64,000 nucleotides of DNA from Candidatus Poribacteria bacterium (GTDB lineage: Bacteria > Poribacteria > WGA-4E > PCPOR2b), in contig OZ242351.1 of NCBI GenBank assembly GCA_965208675.1, forward strand, positions 2,208,001-2,272,000, given 5' to 3'. Position 1 is the first letter of the stretch, and every line of letters begins with the position of its first letter. The notes under the pieces were generated by a model. It did no database searches, was not told the DNA's origin, and was given only the letters and a program-made list of their open reading frames with translations. The position numbers and the translations under genes are program-made. This document shows, piece by piece, positions 54,341-64,000 of this stretch.

Positions 54341-57013
54341 TTGCTTTTGCACACTCAGACTAAAACCAGTTTTTTGCTATACACCATTACGTTATTTGTA
54401 TGTCTCAATACCTTTTTCTCAAATAACGCCGATGCACAATCCGATAATGGCTCAACTCCCGGCTCCCCTGAATTCACCTATACTTATGAAAGTATCGATG
54501 TTCCCGGTGTAGATTTTTTAGCGTTGACGGCGAGTAGCGACTTTGAGGATTACGCCGGTTACACACGGAGTGCTGACGGTGAAAAAACAGTCGCCTTTAC
54601 GCTCATTGACGGTGTTTATACGACTTATGATTTCCCCGGTTCGCAGAACACTTATTTCTATGCGCTCGGCAATAATGGAGTAGCTGCGGGGCACTACGAG
54701 GATAGCGACGGTCTGCACCATGGTGTCGTCTTGGAAAATGGCGAGTTGCGGCAATACGATTTTCCGGGCGCTGTCCAGACGGAGATATATGGGTTCAGTG
54801 ACGCGACGGGTGTCCTGACGGGTAATTTTATAGACGATTCCGGCGTTCGTCGTGGATTTTCAGGGGACATAATCGTTGAAGCGCCTGATGCGACGGCAAC
54901 GTACGCCGATTTTGTGAACGCGAGTGGCGCTATCACGGGAAGTTACATTGGCCCTGATGGTCTATATTATCCATACGTGCGCACCCCGAATGGCACATTT
55001 GTAATGCACGACTATCTGGACTCATCTACATTGGAGTACTTTTTTGTGCACGGCCTCACTGATACAAGGATTATCGTTGCGCGGGCTAGAGCAATAGGCG
55101 ATATTCCGCGCTCCTATGTGGGCACATCCCAGCAAGGATTGTCTGAATTACAGTTTCCGGGTAGTGTAAGCACCGAGGGTTGGAATATCAATCAAGATGG
55201 GTCTGTCGTTGGGTATTACGACTCGGGGGATGGTGGTAGACACGGATTCATCGCCAGACCGCCTGAATTCAACTTTACCTATGAGAGTATTGATGTTCCC
55301 GGTGTCGATTTTTTAGCGTTGACGGCGAGTAGCGACTTTGAGGATTACGCCGGCTACACGCGGACCACCGATGGTGAAAAAGAGGTTGCCTTTACGCTCT
55401 CCGATGGTGTTTTTACAACGTATGATTTCCCTGACTCGCAAGGAACCTATTTCTATGCGCTCGGCAACAATGGGGTAGCTGCCGGGCACTACCAAGATAG
55501 CGATGGTCTGTACCACGGTGTCATCCTAGAAAATGGCGAACTGCGGCGATACGATTTTCCGGGCGCTGTGCAAACGGAGATATACGGGTTCAGTGATGCG
55601 ACGGGTGTCCTGACGGGTAATTTTATAGACGATTCCGGCGTTCGTCGTGGATTTTCAGGGGACATAATCGTTGAAGCGCCGGGTGCCATAGCAACATACG
55701 CCGATTTTGTGAACTCACAAGGCCTCATCGTAGGCAGCTTCGTGGACGCTGACGGTCTATTTCACGCATACGCCCTCACTTTGAGTGGCAGGTTTGTAAT
55801 TCTTGACTATCTTGACCCGTCAAATCTGGAATACTTTTTTCTGCACGGTATTAATGATGGCGCGGGTAGGGGTGTATTTGTGAGCGCCCGATCCAAATCT
55901 GTGGATGATATTCCACGCTCCTATGTCGGCTCATATCTGTACGGGCTACATGAATTGTGGTTTCCGGGAAGCGTTAGCACGGAAGGCTGGAACATCAATC
56001 AGGATGGCTCTGTCGTCGGGCACTATGACTCGGCAGATGGGCGCAGGCACGGGTTCATCGCCAAACTCAATACGAAGGCAGAGAGCGACAATTTTAGCAA
56101 CACCTACGATGTCACACTAGTTAAGGGGTTGAACATGATCTCCGTGCCATTGGCGCCGCCAACGCCGATGAGCGCCAAGTCGCTCGCAGGACTGACAGGA
56201 GCGACGACCGTCATCACGCTTGATGCCGCAAACCAGCGTTTCATCGCATGGACGCCAAGTGCACCCGATGACGGTTTTCCGATCGAAGGCGGAGGCGGCT
56301 ACATCGTCAATGTGCCGGAAACTCGCCAATTTGCATTCGCCGGAGCACCTTGGACAAATCAGGCCGAGGCGGCTGCCGCGCCGCCTTTCATATCTGTGGA
56401 TGCACCCCAAGAACGGGAAGCGTGGGCGTTCGTTGTTAGCGGTCACTTGGACGGTAAACCGGCGTTTGACGACTATCAAGTATTCGTCCGCAACCTGAGA
56501 ACAGATAGTACCATAAGCACGCCCGTGCGAGGTGATTACTTCGCTGCTGCTACAGCCGACATGTCGCGCCAAAGCGTTGTCCAAATCGGAGATGAGATTG
56601 AAGTCTATGCCATCGGTCCGGACGGCAACGTTGAATCACCGACCCTCACTTACAAAGTGACTCTTGAGCACCTAGCAGACGCCGTTATGTCCGTCAGTCT
56701 TGACAGTATCGGTAAACCGAAATTGACTCAGTTGTTGCAGAACTACCCGAATCCGTTCAACCCGGAGACGTGGATTCCATATCAACTCTCGGAAGACAGT
56801 CCGGTATCCTTGTCCATCTATGACGCGACAGGCGCACTGGTTCGCACGCTGTCACTCGGCATGCAATCTGCTGGTTTCTACAACAGCCGTGGACGTGCGG
56901 CATATTGGGATGGCCGCAGTACTAACGGGGAGTTAGTCGCTAGCGGTACCTACTTCTATCACTTGTCTACCCCATCATTCCATCAAACACGTCGACTCGT
57001 CATCATAAAGTAA
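54341..57013 (+). CDS. Secreted protein with two 265-aa beta-rich repeat domains, an accessory domain and FlgD-Ig C-terminus
   Basis: Signal peptide, repeated YDFPG/GINxxG units, LLQNYPNPFNPETWIPY. Confidence 0.85.
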   Translation: MLLHTQTKTSFLLYTITLFVCLNTFFSNNADAQSDNGSTPGSPEFTYTYESIDVPGVDFLALTASSDFEDYAGYTRSADGEKTVAFTLIDGVYTTYDFPGSQNTYFYALGNNGVAAGHYEDSDGLHHGVVLENGELRQYDFPGAVQTEIYGFSDATGVLTGNFIDDSGVRRGFSGDIIVEAPDATATYADFVNASGAITGSYIGPDGLYYPYVRTPNGTFVMHDYLDSSTLEYFFVHGLTDTRIIVARARAIGDIPRSYVGTSQQGLSELQFPGSVSTEGWNINQDGSVVGYYDSGDGGRHGFIARPPEFNFTYESIDVPGVDFLALTASSDFEDYAGYTRTTDGEKEVAFTLSDGVFTTYDFPDSQGTYFYALGNNGVAAGHYQDSDGLYHGVILENGELRRYDFPGAVQTEIYGFSDATGVLTGNFIDDSGVRRGFSGDIIVEAPGAIATYADFVNSQGLIVGSFVDADGLFHAYALTLSGRFVILDYLDPSNLEYFFLHGINDGAGRGVFVSARSKSVDDIPRSYVGSYLYGLHELWFPGSVSTEGWNINQDGSVVGHYDSADGRRHGFIAKLNTKAESDNFSNTYDVTLVKGLNMISVPLAPPTPMSAKSLAGLTGATTVITLDAANQRFIAWTPSAPDDGFPIEGGGGYIVNVPETRQFAFAGAPWTNQAEAAAAPPFISVDAPQEREAWAFVVSGHLDGKPAFDDYQVFVRNLRTDSTISTPVRGDYFAAATADMSRQSVVQIGDEIEVYAIGPDGNVESPTLTYKVTLEHLADAVMSVSLDSIGKPKLTQLLQNYPNPFNPETWIPYQLSEDSPVSLSIYDATGALVRTLSLGMQSAGFYNSRGRAAYWDGRSTNGELVASGTYFYHLSTPSFHQTRRLVIIK

Positions 57014-57236
57014 CATGCGATCTACAGTGGCACACGTTAGTTGCGATCTTTTCGGCATGATCCATCGAATTGTGCCGATGCCCGCATAAACTTTACGTAT
57101 GAATATAGGAGTGGGAGAACGTTGACTACGATGGTATGTAAAATAGCCAACGTCCATCTTTTCTTTTTTGCGAGATTGAGGCATAATCGGAGGTGAATGC
57201 CTCTCCCACTTCCTTCCTATTTGATCGGCTTAAGAG

Positions 57237-57443
57237 TTAATCCACTACTGGTATCGAATCCAATAGTTTCTTCAATCCTTCAATGCTTTCCAGTGTTTTC
57301 ATTGCGTTATCAAATGAGCTATTATCAGCATCGAAACTAGTGTGACGCAGTGTCTTGATGACTTCTCCGATTATTGTTCCTGAATCCAAAACCTTATCAA
57401 TTACTTCGTTCTTAACATCTTCCGTGAATTGTGTAGTGGGCAT
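57237..57443 (-). CDS. Small hypothetical helical protein
   Basis: ATG after GGAGG; 68 aa. Confidence 0.5.
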   Translation of the reverse strand: MPTTQFTEDVKNEVIDKVLDSGTIIGEVIKTLRHTSFDADNSSFDNAMKTLESIEGLKKLLDSIPVVD

Positions 57444-57758
57444 GACATCCTCCGTTGAATTAGTTTTCTGTTTACGTGCGAACACATGAGTGAGTGCAGG
57501 TCAGAAGGCGCCAACAACCATGCTTTGACGTCCATCTCCCCCAAGTTTGAGAATTGCATAGGAGCATAAAGCAAATTCAATTCCATCGTCCATATCTTAA
57601 CATGAAATATATTCCTGCCTCAAATATTTTCGCCTTTACTTCCTACAAATTTTAAGTTGCCAAACGCGCGATTGGTTTGCGATAAATCCACGACCTACAG
57701 AACGTTGACCTATCCACTGCGTAACGCCAATTAATTTCGAATATCGCTTAAAATTCAG

Positions 57759-57800
57759 ACAGCATATTGCATATTTTTTGAGCAATATGCTGTTTTTTTT
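57759..57800 (+). terminator. 12-bp inverted repeat followed by a T-run
   Basis: acagcatattgc / gcaatatgctgt then TTTTTTT. Confidence 0.5.
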
Positions 57801-57957
57801 GTTTGGGCTGATTGATTACCAATTTTTCCAATACAGATTGCCGCTGGTAAAACCATGCTGAAAAGTGCTGTGTACCCTTTAAATTTCAGTGTTTACATCA
57901 ATTGGAGCAGAATGATATAATTCAATAACTATGGTTAGTTAAAGACCGAAATTGGTT

Positions 57958-57974
57958 TTGGCATGTCTCTTGCT
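57958..57974 (+). promoter_or_regulatory. Sigma54 (-24/-12) promoter for porin-urtABCD
   Basis: TTGGCATGTCTCTTGCT: GG-N10-GC with flanking consensus. Confidence 0.75.
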
Positions 57975-58169
57975 TCTATGTTGAGAAATTGAGTTTTAAA
58001 ACAGGTTGCATTACCTGTTTTTCAATTTTCCTTAAAATCTTTGTTAAAACCTGTGACGCTTTGGCAATTTCCGTTATGTATGTTTTTGGTATTAGAGTTT
58101 AAGGTAGGGTGAAACAGGTTTACAAGGTAATAAGGTAATGTTTTCTATCACAAAATTGGAGATTTTTTC

Positions 58170-59111
58170 ATGAAAAAATTTGCATTAACCACACTGTTTT
58201 TTGTCGTTCTCGCGTTCACTGCCGGTAATCTCTACGCTGAAATAAAATTGACGGACAACTTGTCGTTGTCAGGTTTTTTGGATATGTCAACCGTAATAGG
58301 CAGCCATGACGATCACACCGACGCAAGTCTGTCATTTGATCAGTTCGAGTTGGATTTCCATCTCGACTACGGCTCAGTTACCGGGCGCATTGATGTTGAC
58401 AGCACAGCCGCGGAACAAGGGCTTAAATTGGAACAGGGGTTCGTGACATACACGCTTCCCGAAGATGTTGTATCCGGCGTTAGCATCACCGCTGGTAGAT
58501 TTCTCAGTTCGTTTGGCTTTGAAGCCGCAGAGCCGACGGGGCTCTATCAGTATTCCTTTTCCGAGGGAATTCCTTATCCTAGGTATCAGAACGGCGTCGC
58601 AGTCAATGTCAGCCCCGTAAAAGAGGTCGGCATTTACGTCGCGCTCTTGTCCGGTGTCTGGGATGTGAACGATACGGATGTGAAAGACCCGGGTGTCGAG
58701 ACACAACTTTCGTTGATGCCTACCGAGCAGATTACGGCGAAGGTCGGCTATGCGATGGATATGTTGGAAGACTATTCACAAACGGAACTCAACGCTTGGG
58801 CGCAATTTACCCAGGGACCGTTGACCCTAGCCGGGGAAATTGACCTGTTGGGCAACTGGGGCGCCGATGGTAATAACGGCATGCACTTTTTGGGGATGGC
58901 AAATATCTCGCTGGAAGATGCGATTTCAGCGCCGGTTGCAGTTACCCTCCGTTTTAGCGGCATCAACTTAGATGATTCGGACAGCTCTACGGAGTTTACG
59001 TTCAGTCCATCGTATGCAGCGACGGACAACTGGTTGCTGCTCGCCGAGTTCAAACAGCGAATTGACGCGGAAGAGACAATCATCGCAGCCGAATCCCTTT
59101 TCACGTTCTAA
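58170..59111 (+). CDS. Outer-membrane beta-barrel porin
   Basis: Signal peptide, LSGFLDMS, FDQFELD, LEQGFVTY, GRFLSSFGFEAAEP, terminal FTF. Confidence 0.8.
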   Translation: MKKFALTTLFFVVLAFTAGNLYAEIKLTDNLSLSGFLDMSTVIGSHDDHTDASLSFDQFELDFHLDYGSVTGRIDVDSTAAEQGLKLEQGFVTYTLPEDVVSGVSITAGRFLSSFGFEAAEPTGLYQYSFSEGIPYPRYQNGVAVNVSPVKEVGIYVALLSGVWDVNDTDVKDPGVETQLSLMPTEQITAKVGYAMDMLEDYSQTELNAWAQFTQGPLTLAGEIDLLGNWGADGNNGMHFLGMANISLEDAISAPVAVTLRFSGINLDDSDSSTEFTFSPSYAATDNWLLLAEFKQRIDAEETIIAAESLFTF

Positions 59112-59156
59112 ATGAAAATCACTTAGAAGCAAAAAAACTTAAGGAGATCATTAGTT

Positions 59157-60452
59157 ATGTTTCGGTCTAAACCAAAATTGTGCAGTATCGCCTCGATAAG
59201 TTTTCTAATCATAGTTGTGGGAATGTTTAGTACCACGCAGGTAAACGCCGGGGATGGTGAAGTAAAAATCGGAATACTGCACTCGTTGAGTGGCACAATG
59301 GCAATCTCAGAGACCTCTCTCAAAGACGTCGTTCTGATGGCGGTTGAAGAGATTAATGCAAGCGGTGGCGTGATGGGTAAGGAGATAAAACCGGTCGTCG
59401 TTGATCCCGCCAGCGACTGGGACCTGTTCGCTGAAAAAGCCAAGGATTTAATCGTTAAAGAGGAAGTCGCGGTCGTCTTTGGCTGCTGGACCTCTGTGAG
59501 CCGAAAGTCTGTCCTTCCTGTTTTTGAGGAAAATAACTCTCTGCTGTTCTACCCGGTACAATATGAAGGTGAGGAGCAGTCGCTCAACGTCTTCTACACC
59601 GCCGCGACCCCGAACCAGCAGTTGGTTCCTGCCGCAGAATACATGATGGAAGAAATCGGTGCCAAAAAATTCTATCTTCTTGGAACCGACTATGTGTTTC
59701 CACGCACGGCAAACAAGGTGCTGAAAGCATTCTTAAAGACGAAGGGTGTTCCCAATGAGAATATCGTCGAGGAGTACACCCCGTTTCACCACCAGGACTA
59801 CCAAACAATCGTAGGGAAGATTAAGACGTTCGCCGCTGGCGGCGACGCATGCGTATTGTCCACCATTAACGGTGACAGCAACGTGCCTTTCTACAAGGAG
59901 TTCGCCAACCAAGGGTTGACTTCCGACGATTGCCCCATCATGGCATTCTCCGTTGCGGAAGATGAGTTGCGAGCGATGGATGTACCGCCTCTCGTTGGAC
60001 ATCTCGCCACCTGGAATTATTTCCAGAGCATAAACACACCCGAAAACAAGAAATTCGTCAAGGACTTCAAGGCGTTCTGTGAGCAGAATAATCTGCCCGG
60101 CGGCTCGGACCGGGTCACAGATGACCCTATCGAAGCCGCTTACTTCGGCGTATACGTGTGGAAAGCTGCCGTTGAAAAGGCGAAGTCCTTCGATGTTGAT
60201 AAGGTCCGAGCGGCTGTCTACGGTTTGGAATTTGACGCACCCGGCGGTAAGAAGATGATGCACGCAACCAACCAGCATACGCTCAAGCCGGTATACGTTG
60301 GCGAAATTAAGAAGAACGGCCAGTTCAAGATTGTTTATAAGTCGGATGGATTGGTTTCGCCCGATTCCTACAGCAAATACCTACACCCAGACGGTAATTT
60401 CCCGGCACCGACTGGCGGTCCAAAGGCTGCTGTCGAAACATCCGAAGAATAA
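59157..60452 (+). CDS. urtA: Urea ABC transporter substrate-binding protein
   Basis: GILHSLSGTMAISE, FGCWTSVSRKSVLP, FYPVQYEGEE, GTDYVFPRTAN. Confidence 0.95.
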   Translation: MFRSKPKLCSIASISFLIIVVGMFSTTQVNAGDGEVKIGILHSLSGTMAISETSLKDVVLMAVEEINASGGVMGKEIKPVVVDPASDWDLFAEKAKDLIVKEEVAVVFGCWTSVSRKSVLPVFEENNSLLFYPVQYEGEEQSLNVFYTAATPNQQLVPAAEYMMEEIGAKKFYLLGTDYVFPRTANKVLKAFLKTKGVPNENIVEEYTPFHHQDYQTIVGKIKTFAAGGDACVLSTINGDSNVPFYKEFANQGLTSDDCPIMAFSVAEDELRAMDVPPLVGHLATWNYFQSINTPENKKFVKDFKAFCEQNNLPGGSDRVTDDPIEAAYFGVYVWKAAVEKAKSFDVDKVRAAVYGLEFDAPGGKKMMHATNQHTLKPVYVGEIKKNGQFKIVYKSDGLVSPDSYSKYLHPDGNFPAPTGGPKAAVETSEE

Positions 60453-60466
60453 CCAAGTTTGTGCCC

Positions 60467-60559
60467 CGCCGTTAGATAATAGCTCGCTTGGCTGTAATCT
60501 AGCGGCGTTTTCTTGAAGAGTTCGGAAAGCGTAAGGCGTCCTTTGACGCTTTACGCTTT
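60467..60559 (+). terminator. Two intercistronic hairpins between urtA and urtB
   Basis: cgccgttagat/atctagcggcg followed by T-rich tract; 15-bp stem aaagcgtaaggcgtc/gacgctttacgcttt. Confidence 0.5.
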
Positions 60560-60640
60560 GTGAATTTCATTTTACGATTTGAACCTTTGCTAATTCAAAA
60601 TCCTCCCCTTTCCCGCGTAAGCCATCTGAGGTGCACCCCC

Positions 60641-62371
60641 ATGCCGAAAGTGCGTATTCTCTTCAGCATCCTCGCAATCTCCTTTTCGCTGCAAGTCCTC
60701 ATTGATTCTAACCTCTGTTCAGCTCGTGCGGACGATGGATTCATCCGGTCTGAAATCCACGAACTCAGCAGCGAAAACACCGCAACCCGCAAAGATGCTG
60801 TCATCGCGCTGGCAAAAACTGGTGACATGCGTGTGGAGGCAATTCTCCAATCGTATAAATTGAGCGAACTATACGTTTGGAATGATGCAGTCGTTCTCTG
60901 CAAAGAGATTATCAATGACGAGGATTTCAACGAATTCTGCCGTGTCTCAGACGTGTTGACCGGCGAACCAATTCTGGACGCAAACGGCGAACCGCACGAA
61001 ATCCCGGTGGAGGAACTTGAGGAGATTAGTCCCTCAAGAGCAGAACGCAAACTCGCAAATAGCGCTAAATTTCTTCTCCGGCTGTCATCTCCAGACCGTG
61101 AAATCCGGATGTCGGGCGCAAAGAAATGCGGTGACCCGCCGGGCATTATCGCATCGGTACGCCAACTCCGAGAGATGTCGAAGAACGACCCGGTCAAAAA
61201 AATTCGCTATATCGCCAAAGAAAGCCTGCTTCTCATCCGCTTAAATCAAACCTCCGTAGCGTCGGATTCGCGTGCACACCTTGAAGTTGCGCGTGAATTG
61301 GGAAACATAAAAAGTATGCGCGGGCGGCCGCAGTTGCAAAAACTTTTCGATGAGCTGGAAAAAGACGCCAACGAAGCCAATCCGGTGCATGAAGACGCTA
61401 GGAAAACTTACAAATTCTCGATTGACCAGATTGACGGCTATCAAGGTTTCGTGGGCGGGGTCGGCAACATATTTCGTGGGCTATCGCTCGGATCTGTTCT
61501 CATCCTCATGGCACTTGGACTTGCGATTACCTTCGGTCTGATGGGCGTCATCAATATGGCGCACGGCGAATTGATGATGATTGGGGCTTACGCGACCTTT
61601 GAGATGCAAAAATTTTTCGGCCATACACCTGACAACCCCTCAGACCTGTATTATATCGCCGCATTACCTGCCGCTTTCCTCACAGCGGCCTTCGTCGGTT
61701 ATCTCATTGAGGTGTCGGTTGTCCGTTACCTGTACCGACGTCCATTGGAATCACTGCTCGCAACATGGGGGATTGGGCTTATCTTGATCCAACTTGTGCG
61801 CATTCGTTACGGAGATAATATTGGGGTTAACGCCCCGACTTGGGCGCGCGGCGGTATCGAAATTGTGCAAGATCTCGTCCTCCCTTACAGCCGTTGCTTC
61901 ATCATTGTCTTGTGCGGCATGTGCGTTCTGCTAATCTATTACCTCATGAACTACACGAAGCTGGGTTTGCGGATGCGAGCGACGATGCAAAATCGGAATA
62001 TGGCAAGGAGCGTTGGCGTGAACACGCAGCGTGTAGACCGGTATACGTTTGCTTTCGGCGCCGGAATTGCAGGAGTCGCAGGCTGTGCTTGGACGCTTAT
62101 CGGCGGCGTCACGCCGGATATGGGACAGACCAACTTCATCATTGATTCATTTCTCGTCGTCGTCACCGGCGGTGTGGGCGAACTAATCGGCGTAATCTGC
62201 GCGGGATTGGGTATTGGCGTGCTGACGAAAGTGGTTGAGCCGACGCAAATTGGGTCTTTCGTTGTCGGCGCGATTTGGGCAAAAATCCTGCTATTGGTTG
62301 TCATTGTCGCATTTATCCAATTTAAGCCCGCAGGCCTGTTTGCGCCTAAAGGTAGGCTCAGTGATGTTTAA
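60641..62371 (+). CDS. urtB: Urea ABC permease with N-terminal HEAT-like domain
   Basis: GLAITFGLMGVINMAHGE, RPLESLLATWG, IDSFLVVVTGG. Confidence 0.92.
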   Translation: MPKVRILFSILAISFSLQVLIDSNLCSARADDGFIRSEIHELSSENTATRKDAVIALAKTGDMRVEAILQSYKLSELYVWNDAVVLCKEIINDEDFNEFCRVSDVLTGEPILDANGEPHEIPVEELEEISPSRAERKLANSAKFLLRLSSPDREIRMSGAKKCGDPPGIIASVRQLREMSKNDPVKKIRYIAKESLLLIRLNQTSVASDSRAHLEVARELGNIKSMRGRPQLQKLFDELEKDANEANPVHEDARKTYKFSIDQIDGYQGFVGGVGNIFRGLSLGSVLILMALGLAITFGLMGVINMAHGELMMIGAYATFEMQKFFGHTPDNPSDLYYIAALPAAFLTAAFVGYLIEVSVVRYLYRRPLESLLATWGIGLILIQLVRIRYGDNIGVNAPTWARGGIEIVQDLVLPYSRCFIIVLCGMCVLLIYYLMNYTKLGLRMRATMQNRNMARSVGVNTQRVDRYTFAFGAGIAGVAGCAWTLIGGVTPDMGQTNFIIDSFLVVVTGGVGELIGVICAGLGIGVLTKVVEPTQIGSFVVGAIWAKILLLVVIVAFIQFKPAGLFAPKGRLSDV

Positions 62372-63599
62372 AAGAACTGTAACCGCCGAGTCAAGCAATG
62401 GAGGCGATGCGGCGAGGCCTCAGTCTTTCCGGACAAATGGATTGGGATTAAAGAGCCAAAATTCACAAGTTGCGGCAACTGGCGGCTGGCCAATTTTTGT
62501 CCAACGGCATGTCCCGTGGGCATTACTTTTTGTCGGGTTAGTCATGATCCCGCTGTCATATTACACTGGGCTTATTACCATCGGGACAGTTAACATGCTC
62601 GGCCGGTACATGGCATTTGCAATTGTCGCGGTGGGACTCGATCTAATCTGGGGTTATACCGGTATCCTTAGTCTCTGCCAGTCCTTCTTTTTCGCACTGG
62701 GCGGATACGCGATGGGGATGTATTTGGCGCACCACGGCGGTCCGGAGGGAATCATAGACGCCAACAACTGGAAAATTCCCGCCTGCTTGTACGTCGTATA
62801 TCCGTACAAAGTCGGCGAAGCGCCGGGTGATGCGCTGGTTCCATGGTTCTGGAAACCCTTCTATACACTGCCAGTCACAACACTTCTCGGGTTGCTCATT
62901 CCTGGCTTAGCCGCTCTAGTAATCGGCTATGTCGGGTTTCGGAGCCGGGTTCGCGGCGTCTATTTCGCCATTTTGACACAGGCAATTACGGTGGCGGGGT
63001 GGTTAGTGTTCTGCATGAACAATATGAAACTGTGCGGGACTAACGGATTGACACGGTTTGACCGAATCGCGGGCTTCAAGTTAGCCAACCCTAATGTCAA
63101 GGTGAGCTTGTATATCCTCACGCTGCTTTCGTTAGTTGGCGTTTACGTCCTTTGCCGATACGTCGTGAAATCGCGGCTGGGACGTGTGCTCATCGCCATT
63201 CGTGATGACGAAACTACGCTGCGTTTTTCTGGCTATAAACCCTACATTTATAAGCTCTTCGCTTTTGTCCTAGCAGGCATGATTGCCGGGCTGGGCGGGA
63301 TGCTTTACGCGCCGCAGATGGGCATTTTTACGCCGACGAACATGGAGGCGAGTGCGTCGATTTTGGTTGTTGTCTGGGTCGCAGTTGGCGGGCGCGGCGC
63401 CCTTTCCGGAGCAATTCTTGGGGCGTTAGCCGTAAATCTTCTTTACAACTTTTTTACCTCTGAGAAGGACTTCTTCCTGTTTGTCTGGAAACCAGAATTT
63501 TGGCAGTTTATTTTAGGTGGTCTGTTCATAGGAGTCGTTCTGCTGTTCCCCGGCGGTTTAATCGATCTGTGGCGGCGCTTGGTGCGTGCTGCGAGATGA
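62364..63599 (+). CDS. urtC: Urea ABC permease
   Basis: LDLIWGYTGILSL, FRSRVRGVYFAILTQA, WVAVGGRG. Confidence 0.92.
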   Translation: MFKRTVTAESSNGGDAARPQSFRTNGLGLKSQNSQVAATGGWPIFVQRHVPWALLFVGLVMIPLSYYTGLITIGTVNMLGRYMAFAIVAVGLDLIWGYTGILSLCQSFFFALGGYAMGMYLAHHGGPEGIIDANNWKIPACLYVVYPYKVGEAPGDALVPWFWKPFYTLPVTTLLGLLIPGLAALVIGYVGFRSRVRGVYFAILTQAITVAGWLVFCMNNMKLCGTNGLTRFDRIAGFKLANPNVKVSLYILTLLSLVGVYVLCRYVVKSRLGRVLIAIRDDETTLRFSGYKPYIYKLFAFVLAGMIAGLGGMLYAPQMGIFTPTNMEASASILVVVWVAVGGRGALSGAILGALAVNLLYNFFTSEKDFFLFVWKPEFWQFILGGLFIGVVLLFPGGLIDLWRRLVRAAR

Positions 63600-63605
63600 T
63601 TGAGA

Positions 63606-63673
63606 GCGGGCAACCACGAGCGTTGCACCTACAAGGGTAACCTCAATGTAGGGGCGGGTCGTGTACATGCCCA
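63606..63673. repeat. Pair of REP-like palindromes between urtC and urtD
   Basis: gggcaaccacgagcgttgcacctac and gtaggggcgggtcgtgtacatgccc. Confidence 0.5.
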
Positions 63674-63733
63674 TTATGCTTGCAACGGAGATAGGTTCAA
63701 TTTGTCTAATTCCAAACAGAACCTAGTTTTATT

Positions 63734-64000
63734 ATGGACCAAGCCCAACGAATCGCCGAATATAAAGAGTACAGTCCTCGAGCCAGTCGATTGTCAGAGG
63801 AGAAATTTCTGCTCTTTCTGGAAGATATAACCGCAGTCTTTGACGGTTTCAAAGCGTTAGATATACAGGCGTTGGGAATTGAACATAACGAACTCCGCGT
63901 TATCATCGGTCCCAACGGCGCGGGTAAAACAACGCTCTGCGATGTCGTAAGCGGCAAAACCCGTCCGACGACTGGATATGTCTTTTTCGATGGCACCGAT
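63734..64000 (+). CDS. urtD: Urea ABC ATP-binding protein (partial, runs off the window end)
   Basis: FDGFKALD, ELRVIIGPNGAGKTT, SGKTRP. Confidence 0.9.
   Translation, partial: MDQAQRIAEYKEYSPRASRLSEEKFLLFLEDITAVFDGFKALDIQALGIEHNELRVIIGPNGAGKTTLCDVVSGKTRPTTGYVFFDGTD

Noticed and set aside
54467-56062. Diversity-generating retroelement TR/VR pair
   Set aside because: Differences are not adenine-specific, the copies are in-frame domains of one gene, and there is no reverse transcriptase in the window
1-64000. tRNA, rRNA, integrase or prophage genes
   Set aside because: None recognised by eye; a tRNAscan/Infernal run would be needed to exclude small RNAs

Overview
Bacterial genomic window of about 50% GC. 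The gene content points to Candidatus Poribacteria or a close relative (inference): secreted WD40 propellers with dockerin and a 'NYPNPFNPETWIPY' FlgD-Ig C-terminus, LamG and CBM9-like proteins with a C-terminal 'W-x-x-[IL]-K' tag, and abundant GTAG/CTAC REP-like palindromes. Housekeeping and transport genes include purN, purE, tsaE, thiO, acetolactate synthase, an M16C peptidase, MscS, a TonB receptor, a PhnD-like ABC system split over 17 kb, and a sigma54-preceded porin-urtABCD operon. These surround a defence island holding a complete type I Zorya system (zorABCD), a TA pair, a DUF4268/NucS-like nuclease and a decayed second TA. Several decayed remnants are missed or only partly captured by the ORF track: a type III Res tail, a DNA methyltransferase tail, a frameshifted MNT, an amber-interrupted methyltransferase and an IS982-like fragment. 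The best candidates for undescribed elements are non-coding: a 2x101-bp structured tandem repeat with stem-preserving variation upstream of the WD40 genes, a three-way-junction leader ahead of two paralogous small membrane coiled-coil genes, and a possible UGA/SECIS recoding of an FmdB zinc-ribbon gene. All family names are from motif recognition; no database searches were run.
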